DNA of 64,000 nt, from positions 41,230,001-41,294,000 of the forward strand of contig OX597827.1 of NCBI GenBank assembly GCA_951406725.2, read 5' to 3'. Numbering within the stretch: the stretch's first letter is position 1; the number at the start of each line of letters is the position of its first letter. The notes beneath the pieces are model-generated. The model was not told where the DNA came from. It ran no database searches and saw only the letters and a program-made list of their open reading frames with translations. This stretch comes from Octopus vulgaris (Eukaryota). Shown one piece after another: positions 39,501 through 53,133 of this stretch. Made by a program: the position numbers and the translations under genes.

Positions 39501-40850
39501 ATCACCAAAACTGATTTATAAAATAATCATCCCCCTTTAATTTTGCTCAGAATGCTTTCAATTTTGGTGTATCGATGCAACTCTGAATTTTGATTATGAT
39601 CAACCAATTATCGTGGAATAGAGAAACTGTGGGCGATACTGATAATTTGACATTATTTTTGAATTCTGCATGCAAAAATATACAAAATACTGGTATTCTT
39701 TTTCTTTATTGACCATTGTTATTCATATTGTAGTTTACAAATCCAAGCATGAAAACATAACTCAACTTTGAAGTTTTGGAGACAGACACCCCCTTTTCAC
39801 ACACACATACACACATATATGAATGCATAAATGTAAATATAAACTTATATATGAATACATACATCCACATGCACTTATATATTAATGATGTACACAAATA
39901 CATGACAGGTAGACATAATACTGAAATACACATAAACAAATGCAGACAAATATATTAATATGACAAATTAAAATAAAACAATGAAAACATACAAAACACT
40001 ATAGAAATCAATGAAGAGACAAAAGAAACAGTAAGATGATACATGTTGATTTTATTAGGTACTAGCAGTATCGCCCGTCGTTGCTCGGGTTTGTAAGGGA
40101 AATAACTATATAAGCATTTTTAGAGAGTTACTTCCCTTATAGATGCCAATTCGGGCTTTCTTAGCCATTTCTGTTTTGGCGACTTCAAGCCATGAAGTCG
40201 TTGTTCTAAAAGAACGCTGGTCTCCTTCACAACGCTTTACGACGTTGATTTCCTTACACTCCCTTCCCCACAGCTTCACGAGGGAGGGAAGAAGGGGGAG
40301 AAGCAAACAGGTGCAGGTGTGACCATGGACGCCAACTCCGCCGCCATCGACACACGAAAAATTATGCATTAAAATGGAATAAAAAATGATGTTAAATTAT
40401 TTTTAAAATCGTAGACTCATCGTAGACGCGCGCTAATACTCAGACGGGCTCGATATGAATCACGACTATAAGATACCCGAATTTGGTTAAACTGCACCGC
40501 AAAATGTGGGAGTAGTTAGGAATCTAAATCGAAGTGGACAGACACTCACACAACTACAATTTTATATATATAGATTTCTGTTTATTTAGAAACCTACAAT
40601 GAACAGGTCATTTCACAGACCCTAAACTATAAATTTCATAGGGTACAACATTACTAAACGTAGAGAATTTCTGTCTTGCTATTGGTTAAAATTAGGTTTT
40701 TTTTTCAATTTTTAAACCTCTGTAACTTTTTCCTCCAATTTTTTTCTCCACATCATGCCTTCATAGCAACAAGAGTGGAAAACTACATTAATATTGCCGA
40801 TTCTCAGATTTTTTACTGTCTTTTAAAAAAAATGCAGATTTTGTGAATTA
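39500..40850. mobile_element. Non-autonomous TIR DNA element, copy 2, with a nested Helitron
   Basis: Colinear with 19216-20239; imperfect inverted ends 'aaatcaccaaaactg' and 'cagattttgtgaatt'. Confidence 0.75.
40062..40574 (-). mobile_element. Non-autonomous Helitron, 513 bp
   Basis: Minus strand starts TCTATATATATAAAA and ends with a GC-rich hairpin 'cccgagcaacgacggg' then CTAG. Inserted between A and T with no TSD; empty site at 19973/19974. Confidence 0.93.
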
Positions 40851-41979
40851 GTTTAACTAGATCTCTTCAAGGTTGTGCCCCAGCATGGCCACAGTCTGAA
40901 ACAAATAAGATATAGTATCTGCCTGTGGAGTTTTTCAAGTAAGGTGTATATTTTATTTCAGTGTATTTGCTCTTATCTTATGAACAACTTGTCTCTCTCT
41001 TTGTACCACTGTGTGTGGTGACCACCACTGTAGATAGATAATCTCCACCTTCCATTTCACTATACCAAGGAATGATTAGTCATATATAAGTAGTGGTGAT
41101 TAAAAAAAAAGAAAAGAAAACAGCTGACTTCTGTGACTTCTAATGGTAACCTCTTTCTCCTCCCCTCTCCTTCTTAGACATGTGCTGTGTATTTATGTGT
41201 GTACATGTGCTGTATCAGGAACAGTACAGGGTGTGTATGGTATCCTTTTTATGTTAGGTCATGAAAAATATCTGGGTGTGATGTACTGAACACACTCAAT
41301 ATATACATTTACTGGCATAAACACACACACACAGTTTTATACAGCAAGCCATGTGATAGGAGCATAATTATAATGAATGTAACTCCTCTATAGTCTGCCA
41401 GCTGTTTTTATGGTAAATTTCTGGGCATTCCCATTTTTTTTTTTTATTTGTATCACAGTGGGTTGTGGAGTTTACAGTTGTGGCAAATTTTCCTTTTCTT
41501 TCAATAACCAGCTGTACAAGTACCAATGACCATCTGTGTGTGTGTGTGTTTTTCTCCTTTTTCTATTTTAGTTAAAAAAATGTCTTTTGTTCAAGTCCAG
41601 TCTGGGATTGTACAGATATATGAATAAGACGATTAAGAGCAGAAATTAAATCATTGAAACATAGTGTAAATGCAAATTCTGTAAATATACACTCTAAAGA
41701 TGAGGTCAGTAGTCTCAAAATTAATAATCTTTTTAACAGCTCATCTCAGGCATGTAATTTCTTTATATTCATATGAAAACAAAAGCATAACTTAAAAAAG
41801 TGGAAATGGTTTAAAGATATCAGTTTTTAGTGGTTCTGTACGTCTGAATTCAAATTGTATGCTATTAAATGCACAAATGTCACAGTTTATTGTTATAACC
41901 CTTTTATGACCATATTTCTAATAAAACATAACTGCTTTTGAAAGTAATAAAGTATTTGGTTAGTCTACAATACTCTGTA

Positions 41980-42186
41980 AGGAGCATAGGGCAGGTTTTC
42001 TGTTTTCTCTGGTGTACATGTCCCTTTCTGGACAGTCTGTTGTGTGATTACTAATTGTTACCAGCTGAGTGGACTGGAGCAACATGAAATGAAGTGTTTT
42101 GCTGAAGAACACAATGCATCACCTAGTCCAGGAATTGAAACCACAATCCTATTTTTGTGAGTTCAATACCCTTGTCACTAAGCCAT
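41980..42186 (-). mobile_element. Old tRNA/CORE-type SINE
   Basis: 'gagtggactggagcaacatgaaatgaagtgttttgctgaagaacacaa' followed by a reversed tRNA-like head. Confidence 0.65.
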
Positions 42187-43444
42187 AAAATAAGTTCCAT
42201 TTCTAAGATGGTGTTTCAGTGACTTAAAAAGAGATGCTTATATCAGAGAGTTCAAATTTTTTTAGAATATCTACATCTGAAACTAGTATAGTTATTTCAG
42301 ATAGTAAAAGTGGATTTTACTTTTAGCCAGTTGGATTTGAACTTAGGCTTAGTTCCAAGTTGAATAGTTTCAAAATAGTTAAAACACTGCCACCAGTTAA
42401 TAGAAGTGCTAAAAAATGGGACTATGGTTAGTATTTAGCTTTACCATATTCATTCTGAGTTGACTGTTTATGATGATAATTCATCCTCTCTCTCTCTCTC
42501 TCTCTCTCTCATATACTCTAATTATAATAACTGCCACAAAATAATGTGTTTTACTTAAGGCATTGATATTTCAGCATATAGATAAGAAAAGCCACCATTT
42601 AATCTGATGTTAAAGAAAAAATATATTTATTCTGTATTCTTATTTAACAAAACTCTGCTCTTCAAATGGGAAGAAACCAACTGTTATATGTCACACACAG
42701 ACTGTACAGCAAGGCTGTGAGTAGGCTTCACTATTTAAATTATGCAATTAGCTGTTGATAGTCAAGAAGCACATGGTGATTGTTAATCTCTGGTTGCAGT
42801 AGCCTAATAAGTACTGCATATTTAACATCTAGTTGCTGATGTTTCTAGCAAAAACCTCAATAGAAATCACATATTGTATATTTTGGCAGCTGTCAAGATG
42901 CCTTTTAATAGAAGAGGCTGCCATGTTCTTGTTTGTACTCTCAGATGCATAAATGCAACAAGTGGCTGGTACTTCCTTTGTAAAATTTGTTATATTTTGA
43001 CACCTTCGATAGAGTACATTATGTAAGCTCTAAAACATTTGTTTGGTATTTCCAATCTAGCAGTTTGCCTGTGTATATTCTGTCTGCATAAGAGGTTCAT
43101 TTTTTTTTTCTTCTTTTTTTTTTTTAGACATTTCCCAAATGGGTAAGTTATATGTTAGGAAGAATTGTTATTCATGAAAAAGTGGTTGAATCACAGAGTC
43201 ATGAGACAAAATACCTTATGGTATTTGTTCCAGCACTAACATATCCAAGAAAATGTCAGCATTGTCTTTCATTTTGTTTCTCATCTCTCTGGAATAGATT
43301 GGATTGATTAAATCTTCTTCACACACAATTGTGGCTCTTTGTGTCATCGAAAAGTGGTAAAGACCTAATGAGGGAATTAAACTGAGCAACGATTAAACCT
43401 GCCCTCCAAGAGCAAATACATTCCATTGCAGGAATGGTGGGGGG

Positions 43445-43790
43445 GGGGGGCTCTGAAAGGGGTCTCAGGGAGAAGCGTCCCTGCCTTCCTGAGCTAGTTT
43501 TCCACCACATTTCTTAAAAATCATGGTAGAGGCCTTGGTCTGGGACCACTCATGTCTAGAAACTGTGGTTGGGGGTAAGCATAGGCATGCTCCCTGTAGA
43601 GAATCCAGCCCCACCCACCCCCGGGCCTCCTGATAGCAAAGGAGAATGGGCATCAGCCAGCCAGCCAGCAAGCCCAAAGGTTGGGTTGGCTGCACCTGCC
43701 TACCTCGGTTGCTATGGCATTGAGGTAGATCCGGCCACCCCTGTTAATGGGGACAAAACCTGGATTTAAAACACTGGATGATGATGATGC
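43445..43790 (+). mobile_element. GC-rich retroposon 3' fragment with a (GAT)n tail, copy 2
   Basis: Homologous to 36850-37180. Confidence 0.75.
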
Positions 43791-43865
43791 AACTTGATTT
43801 CACTCACAAGATTTGAATCAATCTGAAGCTATGAGAGGTGTTGTAGTGTGATTACATCCAACATT

Positions 43866-44240
43866 TTTATCTTTTACTTTTTTCAGTCATTAGAGTGTGG
43901 TCCATACTGGGGCACTGCCTTGAATTTTAGACAAATGAATCGACCCTAGTACTTTATTTTTAAACCATACTGGGGCACTGCCTTGAAGAATTTTAGACAA
44001 ATGAATCAACCCTAGTACTTTATTTTTAAAAACTTGGTACTTATTCTATCATCTCTTTTGCTGAACTGCTAGGTTACCGGGAAACAAACACACCGACACT
44101 GGTTATCAAGTGGTGGTGTGGGACAAACACGAAGACACACACAGATATATACACAGCAGACCTCTTTTGATTTCTGTCTACTAAATTCACTCATAAGGCT
44201 TTGGTTGGCCTCTTGCCACACAACCATGCCTGCACTTATA
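43866..44240 (-). mobile_element. CORE-type SINE with an internal tandem duplication of about 63 bp
   Basis: 'ccatactggggcactgccttgaa' at 43902 and 43965. Confidence 0.8.
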
Positions 44241-44553
44241 TGATTGCAGAGTAGAAGGCTTCACTACATGACCATGTCTGTGGTTATTTAATGATGGGTT
44301 AAGTTTGTTAGTTGTTGATAGAAAATCAAAATAACTCTGCCAGCTTCCTCAGATGCATTTTTGATATTCGGTGGGTGGGGTGATTATGGATTTTTTTTCA
44401 TTGATTTTCTTTCCAGAAATTAAAAAGAACATTTTTTTTTTTTAGCATTTTGAAAATGGTGTATCTGGTGGCCCCTTTTGGGGAATGGATTGTCAATTTT
44501 CTGATTGAGATTCTTGTACAGGTTCCACTCAAGTAGAATACTTTACAATGTTT

Positions 44554-44710
<157 letters not shown>

Positions 44711-45114
44711 ATCAATCAACTTGGAATTAAAACATGTCAAGTACTTTGTATGACTTACATAGAAAGTTAGTTTAGCAGAAAGGTAGGTTAAAGATAGAGC
44801 TGACCTCCATAGTGATGAATGGGTGAGTGTGGGAGGTCTTAAAATATCTTTTCAGTACCTGGGTATGAGAGGGAATGTGATGGGGTGGAGGGAGGAATGC
44901 ATAGTGTTAGAAGCAGAGAGGAACATTATCCCCAACATGGTCTGAGAATGTGTGTGTGTGCGTGTTATATGTAATGTATGTATGTGTTATAGATGTGTTA
45001 CATGATGAGAAATTTGCTGTAAAGGTACTTACAATTCCCAATTTGCTAGCTGGGAATAGACTTACCTGAAGAATGCTCTCAAGTCAGACAGTTAGAGGAG
45101 TCATGTGTATTATT

Positions 45115-45373
45115 TATCTTTCATCTTTTACTTGTTTCTGCCATTAGATTGTGGCCATGCTGGTGCAGTGTTCAAGAATTTTTTTCTTTTTAGTTGACTG
45201 AATCAGCCCCAGTTTGTTTTTTTTAAAGCTTGGTACTTATTCTGGGATCTTTTTGTTGAACATAGACACATAAACACACCAACATCCATTGTCAAAGTGG
45301 TGGGGACAAACACCTACGTGTGTGAGACCAAAGACACGTGAGTGGATTTGGTAGACAATAACTAAAAGGAGCC

Positions 45374-45429
<56 letters not shown>

Positions 45430-45590
45430 GGCTCCTTTGTTATTGGTCTACCAAATCCACTCATCTGTCTTTGGTCGGCCCAAGGCTATTGTAGAAGATA
45501 CTTGTCCAAAGTGCCATGCAGTGGGACTGAACTGAGAACCATGTGGTTGGGAAGCAAGCTTTTCATCACACATTCACACCTGCACCTGTA
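45115..45590 (-). mobile_element. CORE-type SINE containing a fold-back palindrome
   Basis: Family homology; inverted duplication at 45326-45476. Confidence 0.85.
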
Positions 45591-46686
45591 TGTTGAATTT
45601 CTCAACTTAAAGCTCTGTTTCTCTGTACTAAGCATATATAATCACCTGTAAGTGAACTCTGATCCTGAACAGCCATGATAAAGTCTCCTTGTTTTGTTTT
45701 TGTTTTATGCTTTTCAATCCAGATTGTTGTTACATTTTAGATTTTTTTGCTAACTTATTACTGCCTTGTCCAGCCTTATTGAACACTCAGCAGTAAAAGG
45801 GTTTGTTTCACCACCATTTCGAGCACTTGCTATCATTTGTATTTATATATTTTGTTTTTAATTTGGTCGTTTTGTGAATTTGTTGCTTTGTGGCATGTAG
45901 TCGAATCCTTTTAGGTTCCAAGTCCAGTTCCTTCTTGCCTAGGTTGATTTTGCAGTTCATCGCTCTAGTAAAATAAATCGTAATAGTATACCAGTGTCAT
46001 TTCAATTGGTTGTTCCTTCCCTCTAAATTGTCATCTTTTATTAATGTTAGTCATCATTACTATAGTTACATAAGGAGGAGTTGTGACAGAAATGGTAAAT
46101 CACTAGATTAAGTTTCTTTTGAGATTCAGTTACATCCTTTTTAGTTTGATTTCCGCCAAGATTGACATTCTTTTCCTCCCTTCACATGTAAATTTGGCCA
46201 AAGCACTAACACTCATACATTGTGGCTGTGTTCCATCCATCTGTCTTATAAGTCTTGTGGAGATTGGTTTAGACTTTCATCTCTTTTAGGACAATCCAAA
46301 TAATACTGATCATATATTAAAGTATATTCAATTGATTTTACTCTTCATATTTTTGGTCCTGTGCCTAAATTAGTTCCCATTATTATGGTCTTTATGTTAG
46401 AAATTAATTAAAATCAGCAAAATGCTATACAAAATATGCTTTGTGGTATTTGTGTGCCTTTTATATTCTAATTTCCAACTTTTTGAGCTCATTTAATTTT
46501 CATCCTTCCTTGTTCGATAAAAATATGTATTAGTCAACTAATGGAATTGAGGAGAGAAAGGGTGATGGCGAAAAATAACATTGGCACAAAGCTATACATT
46601 TTCATGGAGGAGTGTGTTGAATAAATTGACCCAGAATGATGCAAAGCAAAGTCGACTGAGACTTAATTTGAATTCATTATGTAGAG

Positions 46687-46889
46687 CAACATTTCTCAAC
46701 TGGGGTTCCACAAAAGGTTTCTAGGAGTTCCATGAGAAAGTGTGTTAATTTCATGATCGTAAAATTACTATACCTGCTCAGCATATTATTGGTTATTGTA
46801 ATATAAACATCATCCTATCTAACCTATTATCAAAAAAAATATAGCCATTGGGGATATATATATATAGTGATGTCTGTAATTTATGGACT

Positions 46890-46925
<36 letters not shown>

Positions 46926-47053
46926 TACCATGTGAACTACGATGATAAAATATGAGAAAGATATGGTATATAATTTTTTTTTGTGCAGGGTTTCCATAAG
47001 ATGTGTAATTCATCTTAAGGGTTACGCAAGGGTAAAACGGTTGAGAAACACTG
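46687..47053. mobile_element. hAT (Charlie/MER5-like) non-autonomous element
   Basis: TIRs 'caacatttctcaac' and 'gttgagaaacactg', with subterminal 'ggggttcca'-type motifs. Confidence 0.7.
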
Positions 47054-47117
47054 TAGATAGATATAACTCAGTATCGCAATGCAATGTGTCCTCCTTCTGC
47101 CATCCACTACACTTTAA

Positions 47118-47338
47118 CCCTTTAGTGTTCACATTATTCTACCAAAAGGAATGCTTTTTTATCCACATTGTTCTGAACTAATCATGCATTATATTGTAGC
47201 TGTGAGATTTTGATGAGGTAGCTGTTAATTTTGAAAACGATATTGCAGGGTTGGTGTAAGAGACCAGATCTGGCCAGTTTGAACATAAAACAAGCAGAAT
47301 ACTTTTGGCCAGATATGGCCGGTTTAAATGCTAAAGGG
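47118..47338. mobile_element. piggyBac-like MITE
   Basis: TTAA-'ccctttag'...'ctaaaggg'-TTAA. Confidence 0.85.
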
Positions 47339-47344
47339 TTAATA

Positions 47345-47990
47345 ATGATTACAAATTTTGGCACAAGGCTAGTAATTTCAAGAGATGAAATGGGGATAAG
47401 TCAATTACATTGACCTCCAAAAGGACGAAAGGCAAAGTTGACCTTGGTGGAATTTGAACTCAGAACTTAAAGGCAGATGAAATGCCGCTAAGCATTTTGT
47501 CCAGCACTCTAATAATTCTGCCAGCTCACTGCCTTCCCAATATACTTTAATAATAATAATAGTTTGAAATTTTAACACAAGACTAGCAATTTCGGTGAGA
47601 GGTTAAGTTAATTACATCGACTCCCGTGCTTGACTGGTACTTATTTTATCAGCCCCGAAAGGATGAAAGGCAAAGTCGACCTCAGCATAATTTGAACTTA
47701 GAATGTAAAGACAGGCCAAATGCTGCTAAGCATTTTGCCTGGTGTGCTAACGATTCTGCTAGTATGCTACCTTGAACTTTAATAATAATAATGATAACAG
47801 TAATGGTTTGTAACATAGGCACAGTGTCACACATTTTTGGTTGAGTGTATAACTCGTTAAATTAAACTCAGTGCTTGACTGGTATCAGGTAAGTCAATTG
47901 CAGAATGTAAAGAAATGTAATTAAACACTGCATGGTATTTTGCCCACTACCCTACCTTTACCAATTCTGCCAGTCCACCACTCTTTAATA
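47345..47990 (-). mobile_element. Tandem Meta/MESC-core SINE copies (two clear, one degraded)
   Basis: Repeated 'aaattttggcacaag...aaaggcaaagt.gacct...ttctgccag' units separated by (TAA)n. Confidence 0.8.
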
Positions 47991-48740
47991 ATGATAACGA
48001 GAAGAAATAATTTATTTTTAATTAGTTTAAAGACCCTATATTTTTGAGAGAAAATATTTCATTTCTTTGAATTTTTCTAGTCAATATGTTTAACAAGGTG
48101 AACTGTTGTAAACATGAGAAGAAAAATAAAATAAAAATAATGTAAAAAAAAAAAAAAACCTTTGTAAATTACACAAAAAGAAACTAGCAAAATAAGATAA
48201 AATAAATAAAAAAAAAAAAAGAACCGGTGAAATACATAAAATAAGCGAATGAAAATAAAATGTGTTCAGCATGCTCATACTAGCATGCTTAGATTATGCA
48301 AGTTGCAGCATAGATAATGCAAGTTATTTCAATAATAGTGCATTCAACTTATAATGGTTGCAATTTGTCTTGCTCTCTCTTTTTTTTTCGTTTTCTTTAT
48401 CTGATCGAAAATAGTTTTGAGATTCTTTTGTGAGTCTCCGTGCATATGTGAATGTGTGGGTGTGTATGTGTCTATTGAGTTTGTAAAAAAAAAAAAAAAT
48501 CTTTTGTGTTTCGTATTCCAACTCCCCAGAAAAAAATTATGAAATTTTTAAAGATAAACACATATTGTTCTGCATGTGTGTGTTCACTTGCATGCAGGCA
48601 CCCACACATGTGTATGTATGCATGTATATATTGACTCTCTCATATTACATTATGCAAATCAACTCACGCATACACTTAAGACTACACACACACACACATA
48701 ATGATGATTCCATGCACGTCAAGAAGTTCTGTGTATGTAT

Positions 48741-48780
<40 letters not shown>

Positions 48781-49218
48781 CAGTGTGTATGAGAATGTCT
48801 GTCATCATTATCATCATAATATTCCATTTTCCCATTCTGGCATGGGTTGACCAAGTGTCCTCAACACAGCATATGGCTTCTTGTTGCAGACCTTTGTTAC
48901 CTCTTTTATGAGGTTACCACTTCTCCATATATCTTCAGCAGTCTTCCTCTTTTGCATTTGGCTTGCCAGCTCTTCCTTTACCTAACTGCCATCCTCCATA
49001 TGCATCACATGTCCATATTACACCGGATTTCTCTTATAACCCATTTTTCTTCTCTCAGTTCATTTGTGCACTGTCATTCCATACACAATAATATTATGCA
49101 TTCAGTGCAACCTATTCACCTGATATCTTTCCACTCTTTGTACACTCCACTCTTTTATGTCTTTGTATTCACATTTTGTACACAAACAAGCATCATACAT
49201 TCTGCTTTTCATTTGGTT

Positions 49219-49595
49219 AGGCACAGGAGTGGTTGTGTGGTAAGAAACTTGCTTCCCAACCACATGGTTCTGGGTTCAGTCCCACTGCATGGCACCTTGA
49301 GCAAGTGATTTCTACTATAGCCTCGGGCTGACCAAAACCTTGCGAGTGGATTTGGTAGACGGAAACTGAAAGAAGCCAGTCATACATGTGTATGTGTGTC
49401 TGTATTTGTCCACCCACCATTGCTTGACAACCAATATTGATGTGTTTATACCCTCATAACTTAGTAGTTCAGCAAAAAAGACTGATAGAAAAGTACTAGG
49501 CTCACAAAGAATAAGTCCTGGGGTCGATTTGTTCGACTAAAGGCGGTGCTCCAGCATGGCCACAGTCAAATGACTGAAACAAGTAAAAGAGTAGA
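49219..49595 (+). mobile_element. Full-length CORE-type SINE nested in the RTE remnant
   Basis: Colinear with 15490-15900. Confidence 0.9.
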
Positions 49596-50469
49596 GAATT
49601 CTGTTGTTCTTAGACAAGTGTCAATGTTTTCAAACATCCATCTCCATTGCTTAATTAGGTCAACTAGGAAACAAAGCTATCGGCTACCTCTTTAGAAACT
49701 TCCAAACATTTGAAAGAATATATATTTCACAGGTGTTGTTACTGCTAACTACTCTTGTGCATCTGCTACATATCAAACATTTCTTCTCTGCCTTTGATTA
49801 CACTATATCTCTTATGTGTCCATAGTTTACATTGAGTACACCTGACAGGAATTCCTACCAATTCCCTTTTCTGTGTATCAAGCATGGTCATTTCCCAAAT
49901 ATAGTCGAGTTCTGTTTTCTTTCCCTAAAGTCACATAAAAACCTAGTCTTTGCTGTATATACTTTGGGGCCTCTCAATTTTCTTCTGTGTTTAGAATCTC
50001 TTCCCTAAATCTGTAACAGATTCAGCTTTAACTCAGTATACTGAAGTTCACAACTTGGTCCTAAATTCCTCTGTTATGTTCTGGAGAATTATAATAAACA
50101 GGTTAGGGCTGAGATTTGAGCCTTGATAAATCTCTATTTGCATTCTAAATCCCTTGCTAAACTCATTGCTAACCCTCTCCTTTCTGGTTGTATCTCTTTC
50201 TATGGTTTGCACTTCTTTCATAAGGCATTCTTCTACATTTAGTTTTCTTTAACGATGCCAGATTACACAGCTTTGTACCCCCATCAAAGGCCATCTACAG
50301 GTTGATATGTTATGGGTAAGGTGGCCTACTCTTATGCAGGAACTTTCCGTCACTAGAAACTAATTATGGGTGCAAATCAGAACTGCATCTCATTGAAGCT
50401 AAATCTTTTTGTAATCAGTTGTGCTTTCATTCTTTCTGTACCTTCATAACTCGAGTTCGTCAGCTTTAA

Positions 50470-50677
50470 CCCTTTATCATACAGATTACGTTGCCAAATA
50501 TAATACTTAGTTATTCACATTGTTTTGAAGTAATCACACATCATTTTGAGATTCAGATGATGTAATTGTATATTTTTAGAATGACATTGTAGGGTAGGTG
50601 TAAAGGGCCAGATCTTGATAGGTTGAACATAAAATAGAATATTTGGGCTGCATATGGCTGGTTTAAATGCTAAAGAG
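50470..50677. mobile_element. piggyBac-like MITE nested in the RTE remnant
   Basis: TTAA-'ccctttatc'...'gctaaagag'-TTAA; homologous to 47118-47338. Confidence 0.8.
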
Positions 50678-50747
50678 TTAATGCTTCTGTAAGTTGCTTG
50701 TTTCTAGTGCATCTTTATAAACAGTTGTTGGTGATACTAACATAATA

Positions 50748-51130
50748 GGTGCAGGAGTGGCTGTGTGGTAAGTAGCTTGCTTGCCAACCACATGGTCCCA
50801 GTTTCAACCCCACTGTGTGGCACTTTGGGCAAGTGTCTTCTACTGTAGCCTTGGGCCGACCAAAGCCTTGTGAGTGGATTTGGTAGATGGAAACTGAAAG
50901 AAGCCTGTCGTATATGTATATGTATGTATGTGTGTATATATATATTTATGTGTCTGTATTTGTCCCCCCACCATCGTTTGATAACCGATGTTGTTGTGCT
51001 TATGTCCCATTGGTTCAGCAAAAGAGGCTGATAGATTAAGTACTAGACATACAAAGAATAAGTCCCGGGGTTGATTTGTTTGACTAAAGGTGGTGCTCCA
51101 GCATGGCTGCAGTCAAATGACTTGAAACAA
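50748..51130 (+). mobile_element. Full-length CORE-type SINE nested in the RTE remnant
   Basis: Colinear with 15490-15900. Confidence 0.9.
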
Positions 51131-51527
51131 CAACAACAACAACAACAAAAAAACCTGTCGTTAAATATCACGTTTCAGTACTATTGTCTGATGTATTATG
51201 TTTGTCCAACTTTCCTGGACATTTTCAGCATCTTTGTGACCATCCTTTATAGTCCGTCTGCTTTCTCTGTCTTGATATCATCAATTAAACTTACTACTGC
51301 ACCGATGCCAACTTGAATAGCTTCTTTTGGATCTACATGGTGTAACTGCTCTCTCTGTCACACATTCCCTACATTCAGCAACCTCTTGTAACATTTCCAT
51401 TCCTGTCTCTTCTTGGTGTCAATGATGGCAAGCATATCAGTCTCATACTGTACATACTCCCCAACTTCCACCTCCATCCCATCACGATACACATTGACAC
51501 TGTTTTGTAGTCCTGAACACCTCACAC

Positions 51528-51663
51528 CTCTCTCTCTCTCTTTTTTTCTTTCTTTCTTTCTCTCTTTCTCTCTCTCTCTCTCTTTTTTCTTTCTTTCTTT
51601 CTCTCTTTCTCTCTCTCTCTTTTTTTCTTTCTTTCTTTCTCTCTGTATCTCTTTCTTTCTTTC

Positions 51664-51694
<31 letters not shown>
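51528..51694. repeat. (CT)/(CTTT) polypyrimidine tract
   Basis: Seen directly. Confidence 0.95.
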
Positions 51695-51695
<1 letters not shown>

Positions 51696-53133
51696 ATCCT
51701 CTCATTGTAGAACTTTGGCAAACCTCTAACTTTGAGCTTCTTCCTATGCTACATATTATTACCTGATGACTAACTTCTTTTCTAACTACCTGATATTGTT
51801 TCAAGCTCTTCGCTTTCTTTCAATCTTTCTGGGCCTATTCTGTTTTAGCTGTTATGGTTCTGTCTACTCTACCAATCCTTCCTATGTCACTTTCTGCTTG
51901 GTATCCATGTAAAGTATGTGTGTGCGTATGTGTGTTTATACACACCCATTCTCACAGATGGATATACTATAAATGTGAATGAAATATATCAGAGTGAATG
52001 CTAGCAAAACGTGTGCATGCGCAAATGCATGTGCATCACACACGCATACACGCACACGCTTAGGTACACAGGTATTGATCGACTAAGTGGTCATACTATC
52101 TCTATACTGAAGATCAATAAACTTCCGTTGCTGCTTCTGCTGCTACTGTGACTAGAACCATCGACTGCTGATTGATCAATTATTTACAACCCCCTCACTG
52201 CATTATTCTTCTCTTTTCCATTGCTTCTCACCCACTGAAAAGAAGAAGAAAAAAAAAAAATGCAATTAGATGGTGAAGAAGCAATGTTTGTAAAGAAACT
52301 TCTTCTCCAGGTTGTATATCTCCTGAACAACTTTCTATGTATCTGCCATAGAATGAGTAGCTGATGGCTGTTTCCCTTTATCTTTTGTAGTTTTATTTCT
52401 TGCTGTACTAGTATATTCTATCTACCTCTGTCTTGAGTGATGTGGTGGTGTTAGTGTAAGTTATATTGATGGCGGTGTTAGTAGTGGTTGTTTATTAGTA
52501 GCAGTGGTATCGGTACTACTAGTAGTAGTATTAATAGTCATGGTGGATGTGCTATTTGTAGGGAAGTGATGGGAGCATCAGTTGCAAAGGCGGGGAATTT
52601 ATGTTGGTGGTGGTGGTGGTGGTGGATGTCGTATTGTTGGTACTGATAATAATGTTATTAGTAGTATTAGTGGTGGTGTTGGTGACAATACTGTCAGAAG
52701 TTAGTATGGCTGGTACTGGTGGTGGTGGTAGTGGTGGTATAATGTTTGACTCTGTTGTGAAGGCAAAGGTGCTATTGATTGTGATGGTAATGGATGAGGT
52801 TGCATTGTGGGTAATAGTGGTAATGGTTGTAGTGTGGCGGAATGGTGGTTGTGGTGGTGGCTGTGAACCAAGTTCTGAAGAACTTTCCCAGGCTGCATGT
52901 TACTCTTTTAAGTACAAATTTTTCTACCTACTAACCATGAAAATGTGAAAAATTGATTCTGGCTTTTTATTTTTTTTAATGCCTCCCGACCACTTCCCTC
53001 TCTGCTTTCTCTTCCCCTTCTCTCCTGCCCCCTCTTTCTCTCTCTCTCTCAGATGTATAATGACTGGGTTGGGGTGTGTGGTGGTCATGACTGTAGATGT
53101 TTAGTCAACTCTGAACAGATCTGAACAGATTAA

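Larger units (their letters stand above)
48800..51900 (-). pseudogene. Fragmented RTE-clade LINE reverse-transcriptase remnant
   Basis: Minus-strand translations in RT order: WKCYKRLLNV (about 51380), EMQF (about 50385), L*MAFD (about 50290), IYQGSNLSPNLFIIILQNITEEF (about 50065-50133) and YGHVMHME (about 49000). RTE-type 3' end with (GAT)n near 48810. Many stops and insertions. Confidence 0.8.
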
